A DNA stretch of 64,000 bases, taken from assembly GCA_977018835.1 (NCBI GenBank), contig OZ361260.1, forward strand, positions 2,666,001 through 2,730,000, written 5' to 3'. The notes beneath the pieces are model-generated. The model worked only from the letters and a program-made list of their open reading frames with translations, searched no databases and was not told where the DNA came from. This stretch comes from Minutocellus sp. GHC0000111. Its lineage: Eukaryota. Below are positions 35,117 to 43,250 of the stretch, one piece after another. The translations under genes were made by a program, and so were the position numbers. Position 1 is the stretch's first letter; every line of letters begins with the position of its first letter.

Positions 35117-36211
35117 ATGAGATCTCCAGGCAAGCGAGCAGGTGCGCCCAAAACGACCGCACCAAATGCCAAACCCATAAGAATATTCTCATGCCCAGCC
35201 AACAATATTATTGCCGCAAGCCTTACGGTTTTGGCTTTGTGCAGCTTGCTCCTCACGTTACTGCTATTACCGACGCTGATGCGTTTCGACAAATATGCCG
35301 CGGCACACTTGAATGCACCAACGAGATCAGATCCAACTTCAACACCCAAGCACTTCATTGACGATTCTCGAGAGTGCTTTCGGCCTCGACTGACCGAACC
35401 ACCACCATCGCATACCAACTACTCCCTGCCAATTCTCAACCTGGGATTTCCCAAGGGTGGCAGTACGAGCCTGCAGCACTACTTCAAATGCGGTGGGATC
35501 GATACGTCTCATTTCACATGTCGGAAGCGCATGTCAGATACGCTGGGACCCGATAAGTGGATGGACAAGGGGGTGCAATGCGGCAAATGCATTCGATTTA
35601 CGCAGCACAAAAATTTGGACGAGCCTTTGTTAGAAAGATGTGGCGACTACGATGTCTATACACAGCTCGATGTGGAGAATGAGGCCAAAAATGGTGGTTG
35701 TTTCTTTCCGCAGATACAGGCCTTGGACGTTTTGAGTGAGGAGAACCCCAACGCTACCTTTATACTGACCTTTCGACCGGTTAGCAAATGGATTGATAGC
35801 CTGACGCACTGGAAGGGTTTCGATACGCCCATCATTGAACGGCTGGGCAATTGTCACAACATGCTGCCGGGGTTGAATGGGAAGACGCCACAGGATTTTG
35901 CGGAGTGGTGGTGTCGGCATGTGGAATTTGTCCGCAGTTTTGTCAAGGCGAATCCCAACCACAAACTGATCGAGGTGGAGATCGAAGCCGAGGATGCTGG
36001 CGAGTACATGGCGCGCCACTTTGGTGTTGATGCCACGTGTTGGGAGCACACGAACAAGAATGTCCTCAAGGGAGTTGCCGATCACCAGGTCCATGAAATC
36101 GACGAGAAGTCCATTGAAAAGATGCCCATGTGGATGAAAAAAGACATTGCCAAGAAGAAGAAACGCCAACAGCAGATATTGGAAAACCAAAAGATGCAAT
36201 TTGAGGAGTAA
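35117..36211 (+). CDS. P-loop sulfotransferase-like type II membrane protein
   Basis: N-terminal TM helix; ILNLGFPKGGSTSL (5'-PSB-like); PNATFILTFRPVSKWIDS (3'-PB-like). Confidence 0.75.
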   Translation: MRSPGKRAGAPKTTAPNAKPIRIFSCPANNIIAASLTVLALCSLLLTLLLLPTLMRFDKYAAAHLNAPTRSDPTSTPKHFIDDSRECFRPRLTEPPPSHTNYSLPILNLGFPKGGSTSLQHYFKCGGIDTSHFTCRKRMSDTLGPDKWMDKGVQCGKCIRFTQHKNLDEPLLERCGDYDVYTQLDVENEAKNGGCFFPQIQALDVLSEENPNATFILTFRPVSKWIDSLTHWKGFDTPIIERLGNCHNMLPGLNGKTPQDFAEWWCRHVEFVRSFVKANPNHKLIEVEIEAEDAGEYMARHFGVDATCWEHTNKNVLKGVADHQVHEIDEKSIEKMPMWMKKDIAKKKKRQQQILENQKMQFEE

Positions 36212-36364
36212 CGGTAGTAACTGGATGGGAGCAGGGGTTTTGTGTTGAATATTTATAAAGAATATTTCTCACATATATATGGTATTGTTGTTATATATTT
36301 TTGAAAGTGCCAGCCAATCCTCTCGTCAAAACATTTACTTCACGCTAACGAGTGCTTATATTCG

Positions 36365-36943
36365 CTACTGAAAGCCCATCAAATCCAAATCGTCCATATA
36401 CGTCTTGAAATCATGCTGGTGGTTGTCAATCGTCGTGGGCTGGCTGGGATCGAACTTGGCCTCGGGCGGTGGTGGCGGTGGGTCTTTTGCACCGCAGGCG
36501 ACCTTGACGTCGATCTCGCCATCATCACCGCGTAGATACGGCCACGCTCGGCTATCCTTGGCATCTTCGCTGGAAATATCCCACGTGCTAACGAGGCCAA
36601 CGAATTGCGACGTTTCATCGACTACCAGAACATGATGATGATACGTCGATTCGAGAATGGAGGCTACTTTGTCCTTGTCGTCGTTTGGACTGCAAGTTTC
36701 GAGCTTGTCCGCGGGTGTCATTATTTCGCTGCACTCGGCGTCGATGTCGATTCGATCGTGATATGCCTTCATGAGATCCGATTTGGTGATAATGCCCAGA
36801 GCCTGTTTGGAGGTGGAGGACATCGTCACAACGACCGACGAAATCTTGTGCTCCAACATTTTGTCCATCACTTCACGTACGCTTTCGTGGGGTGCGCCTG
36901 TCACAACTTCGGTGGCCGGCCTCATGAATCCCGAGACTCTCAT
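36365..36943 (-). CDS. CBS-domain pair protein
   Basis: MRVSGFMRP..VVT ... HKISSVVV ... LGIITKSDL, then a second CBS repeat HHVLVVD..FVGLVSTWDI. Confidence 0.85.
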   Translation of the reverse strand: MRVSGFMRPATEVVTGAPHESVREVMDKMLEHKISSVVVTMSSTSKQALGIITKSDLMKAYHDRIDIDAECSEIMTPADKLETCSPNDDKDKVASILESTYHHHVLVVDETSQFVGLVSTWDISSEDAKDSRAWPYLRGDDGEIDVKVACGAKDPPPPPPEAKFDPSQPTTIDNHQHDFKTYMDDLDLMGFQ

Positions 36944-37057
36944 GTTTGATATGGTGTTATTCGAATGGCTTCTACTCTCTCACTCGTTTACTGCTTATTG
37001 CTTTTCATTGTGGCCTCCACCTGAGAGCATGCAGGTTGCCAGAAAAAAAACTGTTAG

Positions 37058-38135
37058 GGTTGTTGCTTCACGGCAGTTGTGCCGTCCGTGCCATTTTACC
37101 TCGAGAAGCTAGGCGCTGCACCCTCCTTCTTGGGTTGGGTGGTATCTTTTTATTCGCTCGGCCAATTCATCGGCAGTCCCACTGCTGGTTGGCTCGCCGA
37201 TCGACTATCGTCGCAGTGCACGCTGACCATGAGCTCGACGTTGGGCTTCTTTTCCAGCACCTTGTATGCCACTGCGCCCAATCCTTGGTTTGTGCTGGCA
37301 AGTCGAGTTCTGACGGGAGTTAGTGCCGGTATGGAGTTTACTACTGAATTAGCCTTCATTGCACGGAATACTACCGAGCAGGAACGAACCACATTTCTGG
37401 CATCGGTAACGGCTGTCAATGTCGTCGGCTTTATCCTTGGTCCTGCACTTACAACCATACTGAGTACGCTCGACTTCACCATCTTTGGTTTGGCGGTGAA
37501 CCAGTTCACTTCACCAGGTTGGCTACTCGTTCTCATGTTTCTTATCGATATCGTGATGGTGCAAACTCTATTCCATGACAATGCTCATCATTATGAGACG
37601 ACGAAGAACAGCGGTGTCGAAGTAGCAAATGGTGACGGAGAGGAGCAGCAGAAATTGTTGAATGGAACGAACGATAAGAGTGGATATGGCGGAACTGCCC
37701 CAACCAGTCAGAAGCAGAAGGATACCTTCAAGGATAATTCGGCAATGTCATCATCTTCAGCTGGAGGAGAGGACGAAGATGCACCGCCGTCCACTCGAAT
37801 GGTCGTCAGTCTCATTTTTGTTCAATACACGGCCATGTGTGCATGGTCCGTCCTTGAGACCATCACCAGTCCGGTGGCCTACACCGAGTTTGGTTGGGAC
37901 GTCCAGGCATGCAACATTATGTTCACATGTGGTGGATTCGTCAGCCTACTGGCATACGTGGGCTTTGTCATTGCGAGCAAATGGATCCAAGATCGAGTGC
38001 TCATTTTATACGCCCTCATCGTTTGTTTCCTTGGGCTAGTGCTTTTGATCGATTGGCCTCAGCTTTGGTTCGTTCCGGAGTGGATATCGATGCCATCGTA
38101 CGTGTATCGATTTGTGGCGGGCTATTTTGTTTTAA
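37058..38135 (+). pseudogene. MFS transporter (MFSD8-like), 5' part, interrupted by transposon; N-terminus not found
   Basis: FLGWVVSFYSLGQFIGSP.AGWLADR, SRVLTG, GFILGPAL. Removing 38136-42369 gives in-frame YFVL|NAGFMTARP. Confidence 0.85.
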
Positions 38136-38600
38136 GAGGGCGCTGTCCATAACTTTTAGGAAGCCCCCAAAATGCGTGTTTTGTGCCGTTTTTTCTTCGC
38201 ACCATCGCCAAAGTTAGCACTCCAACGTGACAATGGGCTCCTCATCGAAGGCCGCCGCTCTCCACAGTGGCAAAGAGTCATCGACGTTCCTTTCAGCATT
38301 AAGTCGGAAATCCCTCCAGGAACACTTGGTTCAGAGGAACTTCGATGAATCAACTCTCCCTCAGAAATGCAACAGTCGACGCACACATCATCGTCGGATC
38401 GACCGAAATTAGTCTCGGCCGACGCACAACCAGCATTGGTGGTGCTGGTGGGAAGATATCTTGAAGTTTTGCTGTTGGGAGGTAAGGGGATATTTGTTTG
38501 GGGTATTTTTGCACGTCTCCCTCATTTGGGGTTCTTTTTGTAAGGTTCTCATCGAAAAGCGTGTCTTGCGCCAGAACCGACACAAAACAAAAAAACAACC

Positions 38601-40913
38601 ATGGAACATCACGTGCTAACGCCAAGGAGGCAATCCTCTCACTCTTGCTCTCATTCCCAGACGACGTCAGATGTACTTACTACACTATTGATGAGCTTGT
38701 CCGTATCTTGATGCGCGGTGGCGTGTCGCCGAGCTCAGAGATCACTCTTGTTCGATCATCTCTTCAACACGTCCCAACACGACACGAGGTCAACATCCAA
38801 CGACGACGTCCAGAGAAAATGTCAGGCCTTGACGTTGCAAAGCCCTTCTACCGCTTCTCCAGAATAGCCGATAACGCCAGCCCACGCTCTCAACGCAATG
38901 GCAAGCGATCACTGCCGACCACACCTGAAAATTACTTCCAGGACGATGAAAAGCATGGGCCCCATCTCAACGCGACACTGAAATGTTGTTCCGACAAGAA
39001 TTCTTCGGGCGGTCGGTCATCTACTCCCACCGCCAACGCTACCGATCGTCCCAACATCACCGGCGTGCAGCTCAACGGCAAAAGAATTGTGGTTGAGATG
39101 AAGCAGCTGTGTGATTTCGTACAGAGTCTCCACCGATCGTGCGGCAATCTGCATCTCTCGGCCGAGCCAGTTCGGCGTGGATTCGGCGTTACATTTGAAT
39201 GGCGATGCGATAGATGCAACCAACCTTTTTCTTTTTGCACTTGGATCGGCCAGAGGTCAGAAGTTGTGTGCCCCGGCAGAAAGCATTCTAGAAGTCAGGC
39301 TGGAATGAACTTGGAGCTGATGGAGGCAGCGGAAGATGAGGCCATGTGCGCAAGTCGCTTCATGAATTTCTGCACGAAGGCCGACATCGTCCATCCGACC
39401 GAAAAGAATGCCCGACAGGTGGAAAAGAAATGCAGAGCAGCGGCTATTGAAGCAGCTGATGAAATCATTGACGAGAACAGGGCAAAAGCATATGCCGCTA
39501 GCAGCAAGACTGTTGAGTTTGAACAAGGCGGCGAGATGCACACGGCGGCGGTGGTTACGGTGGCCCAAGACGGCAGCGCCCTCAAACGCGACTACGGCCA
39601 TTGCTACACTGGCTCTGCTGCAGCGGTATTTGCCGTAGACAAGGAAACTGGCCTTGTTGTTGACAAGGGAATCTCTCAGGCAAGCTGCCACTATTGCGTG
39701 AGAGCCTGCAATGCAAGATTGAGGGAGAGGCGGGAAGCCGGCAATCCAACAACGCCGAGTGAGCTCAAAAACATGAGCAAGGATGAGACACTGGCCCTGT
39801 ACGACCATGATGGCTTCTGCTATCGCAACTCTTCCTACTCCCCCGGTGTGGCAGAGGAGCATCTGGCCGAGAATGTTGGGAGTTGAAAATTATAATGCCA
39901 TCCCCCGACCACGCATCAATCGGATGAAACAGGACATTTCGAAGATTACTGATCGGCACAAGCACAGCGTTCTCGATCAGCCCGATGGTGCTGTGTCCGA
40001 GGAGGAAAAACAAAGTCATCTGGCCCTCCTTCAGAAAGAACTCCAGTCCGTCGTTCGTCACCAATGTGGCATTCACACTTTTTGCACCACCAACACGTGT
40101 GATTGGATTCGCCTCAGCATTGCTCATCCTGATTGGAGTGATGGCAAGCTCGATGAGGAATGGAGCTCGGGGAATCAATTCGATGGCGACATATTGGAGA
40201 TTAGTGACGACACGATTCGCAAGATGACGCTTGAAATAACCAAGAGAATCAACAAGAATACTGCCTTTTCCAACTGCAAGAAGGAATCTACCACCGGCGT
40301 CGAACAGCTCAACGGGATGGTGACGAAGTTCACGATGGGGAAAAGGCCGAATTTGACTGCTTCAGACGCCTACCCAAATGCAACAAGTAGAGCCGCTGGC
40401 CACAAGTCACTGGGTACGGAATTCAATGAGCGAGTTCTTGGAAAGTTGGGATCGAGGGATTCTCCTACCCGAAAAGATGGATTCGATGCAATTGACCGGA
40501 AGCTCGAGGGCGACCTTGCGCGTAAGCGCACCGATGAGTACAAAAAGAGCAAGAGCGACAGCAAGCGCCTTCGAGCAGCCTTGCGAAACAGAAGCGAGAA
40601 AGACGACAAGGACTATGTGTACAAGAAGAACAGGGCCCTAGCTGCTGGTAAGGCGAAACCAGCAAAGCCTGGCCGCAAGAAGAAGATTGACCAGCAGTGT
40701 CAGAAATGCAAGCAGCTTGGCCACACTCGGGCTGAATGTCAATGCGACGATGCTGACGACGTTGTCGTTTACGCCGGAAAGAAGCGCAGAAGCCCAGGCA
40801 GCAACAAGAAATCTGCAAGAAATAATAAGAAAGCTAAGACAAACTTCGGTGTATCGGCAAATGATGTTAGCTCTTGGATGCCGGCGATACTGAGAGAAAA
40901 TGGCAGCTTGTAA
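38601..40913 (+). pseudogene. DDE transposase (PF20700 'Mutator-like' type), internally deleted, with C-terminal CCHC knuckle
   Basis: GFGVTFEWRCDRC; VTVAQDGSALKR (D1); TGLVVD....SCHYC; HQCGIHTFC; TTGVEQLNG (E); CQKCKQLGHTRAEC. Frame breaks near 38624 and at ~39880, where the D2 region is missing. Confidence 0.8.
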
Positions 40914-41011
40914 ACACGTGTAAAATATTTTATCACTGTAAATAAAAATGGATTTATTGTGTGCTGTTACTCTACGCACATTCTTGTTATCTACATGTGT
41001 TGAGGTAATGA

Positions 41012-42241
41012 TTATGCATTTTCCTCTTCTTCTTCCTCTTCATCTTGATGACCAGGGATGAATCCAACATATCGTTCACCTTTATCATTTGGATAAATGA
41101 ACCTAATGCAAAAGACTAGACAGGTTGGCAAGGGCTTCCGATCAAGCCAACCTCTCACATGATACACCTCAGTTGCATAGTAGCAATACAGCATGTTCCT
41201 CTTCAAATTATTTGCCATGGCTTCGACTGGCATGGTGGTTGCGTAGTATTTGTCAGCGATATCCTCCAGGTCCTCCTCCGTCGGCACCAGCATTTCTTCG
41301 CAGACGCATTTCTGAAAGAAGAGTGTGCCGTACATTGAGCAGCTTCGGTTGGCGGCAGTGCAGCAAGCAGGGGGTATTGGCGGCCTCTCTCTGGTCTCGT
41401 CCCAATTACCGAATGTGTCTGCCTCCGGCGCTACCGTCGGATCATCGTCGGCTTCCTCACAAACGGCCGCAACAAGAGCATCCGTGTCCGATCTGATCGC
41501 TGCTGATGGCCCACCATCTACCTGCAGAAGTTGGCCCATTCCAACAATATCAAAATCAACTAGTCCAATCCCAGCAGTAGAGTGTATGTCATCATATGGA
41601 GCCACATGCCATCGGTGGAACTTTGTCAATTTGATCACATGGCCCTGTTGTAGACTTCGGGCCTTTTCGGTAATTGTCAGGGCAACACGAGCGACGATAA
41701 GCTTTCCGCTTCCATCAAGCAAAGTAAGCGATGTGGTGTTGAAAGGTCGGCCGTGCGCAGCAAGAGCCGATCCAATATCGATCCGTTTCCCATGAAGTTG
41801 AAATATAGGGAAGAATTCAGGTCCGGCGTCAAACATGGGATCTTGCCATTGATCGACGATGCCGACCGTCAGCCTCAACTTCACATCAGCCACGGACAGG
41901 TTGGTAACTACGAGGCCGGGCCGCTCAGCAGCGACATCAATATCATCCCGAACATGATACTTATCAGCGCGAGCCTCGACTGCTTTGACAAGATGTTGAA
42001 GTGCATGGCCGACGCCGGGATTGTTCCATAATTCTCGTCCTTGTCCGTTCGGGTCGTTCTCCAACGTGACGGCGAGGCCCTCCAGTATCTCGGTAACGGC
42101 GTCTTTCGCTTTGTCCTCCGCCTTCTCTTTCTTCTTGTCAACAGGCAAAATCGGGCGACCGGAGTTATCTGTCTTGAGTTTCCGCAACCGCGTATCTGCG
42201 TTGTGGGCCGGGCCGGCACTATTATCAGCGCTGCGCTTCAT
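41012..42241 (-). CDS. Transposon accessory protein: RPA70N-like OB fold + KolX / P2X7-ballast-like C-terminal domain
   Basis: Intact 409-aa ORF. C-terminus NNLKRNMLYCYYA..Y...G..DRKPLPTCLV..IR..YP....YVGF preceded by a Cys cluster. Central LTVG..PIFQL..LTLLDG..L..G.VIKL.KF pattern. Confidence 0.75.
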   Translation of the reverse strand: MKRSADNSAGPAHNADTRLRKLKTDNSGRPILPVDKKKEKAEDKAKDAVTEILEGLAVTLENDPNGQGRELWNNPGVGHALQHLVKAVEARADKYHVRDDIDVAAERPGLVVTNLSVADVKLRLTVGIVDQWQDPMFDAGPEFFPIFQLHGKRIDIGSALAAHGRPFNTTSLTLLDGSGKLIVARVALTITEKARSLQQGHVIKLTKFHRWHVAPYDDIHSTAGIGLVDFDIVGMGQLLQVDGGPSAAIRSDTDALVAAVCEEADDDPTVAPEADTFGNWDETRERPPIPPACCTAANRSCSMYGTLFFQKCVCEEMLVPTEEDLEDIADKYYATTMPVEAMANNLKRNMLYCYYATEVYHVRGWLDRKPLPTCLVFCIRFIYPNDKGERYVGFIPGHQDEEEEEEENA

Positions 42242-42369
42242 CGTAATGAAGAGGGGGCAGAGCGGCGATTCTCATGGTGGGGTCGAGTTTTTGTCATGCT
42301 TCGCTCGTCATAAGAAATAAGAATAAGGGGGATTAAAAACGGGGAAAATTATGGACAGCGCCCTCTTAA

Positions 42370-42716
42370 ATGCGGGCTTCATGACCGCTAGGCCGGTCAC
42401 ATTTGCCTTGTGTTCCAAGCTCATCAGCCCAAAGTACCAAGGGAGATATTTGGGCTTCATGGTTGCCGGTGGAAGTGCCGCAAGAATGGCCGGTCCGTTT
42501 GTGGCTGTTTATCTGTATTATGGAATTACCGAGCCTCCAGGCCTCAACATGCTGGCATTGTTTGGAAGCGAAGCACTGTTTCAGCTCGTTTGTACCAGTC
42601 TGGTAATTGCATTGTGGCCAATGCTCCTTCCCAGCTCGGCGTTGAAGAAGAAGAAAAGTGAGATGGAAACAATAACCACACACAGTGGGCCTGGCATTGA
42701 GATGGAGGAGGAATAA
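42370..42716 (+). pseudogene. MFS transporter, 3' part
   Basis: ALCSKLISPKYQGRYLGFMVAGGSAARMAGP; in frame with the 5' part once the element is removed. Confidence 0.85.
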
Positions 42717-43250
42717 ACTTCGTCGGTGTGCGTGACAATTTACCTAGGTGCCCTGTTTGATACATGCAGTCCGTAGATGTGGATGCATTGCGAGCACGCT
42801 TCACAGACTGGTGGGCTTAGCATGCTGTGAGGATGCTGCATGTGCATGTAGCCTTTGGTTTCTTCCTCTGGCTATTGATGGTTCGTTCTCTCTGGGCGGC
42901 GTCTAAATTTTGCAATTTGAATTCGCGCCTGCTGTTTCGGTCTGTCCGTCGAAACTGGCATCGCAGTCGAGTGAGTCTGATGATGTCGCCCTCGAGAACT
43001 CGAGAATGCAAAACACCCGCCATAATCAGTGATAGCAGACCCATGATGGCCGAACGAATGAAGCCATCAAGTTGCCACACCTAAACACAATAGAAACTAC
43101 CAAAGCACACGCACTATCGTAAATCTTGCGATATCATTTCGTTAGTTGGAGGCCATTCCGAAGGAACAAACCAAAGACCGACGCGCTCAACTCATTTGCT
43201 ATTTTGGCCGGAAAATTGCGAGTCACTCTCTGTGCGAACGGAACGACACG

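Larger units (their letters stand above)
38136..42365. mobile_element. Kolobok-like DNA transposon, 4,230 bp
   Basis: Perfect 17-bp TIRs GAGGGCGCTGTCCATAA (38136-38152) and TTATGGACAGCGCCCTC (42349-42365). TTAA duplicated at 38132-38135 and 42366-42369. Convergent DDE transposase and KolX-like ORFs. Confidence 0.93.

Noticed and set aside
38136..42365. piggyBac assignment based on the TTAA duplication
   Set aside because: Termini are GAG...CTC rather than CCC...GGG, and the transposase motifs and second ORF are not piggyBac-like.
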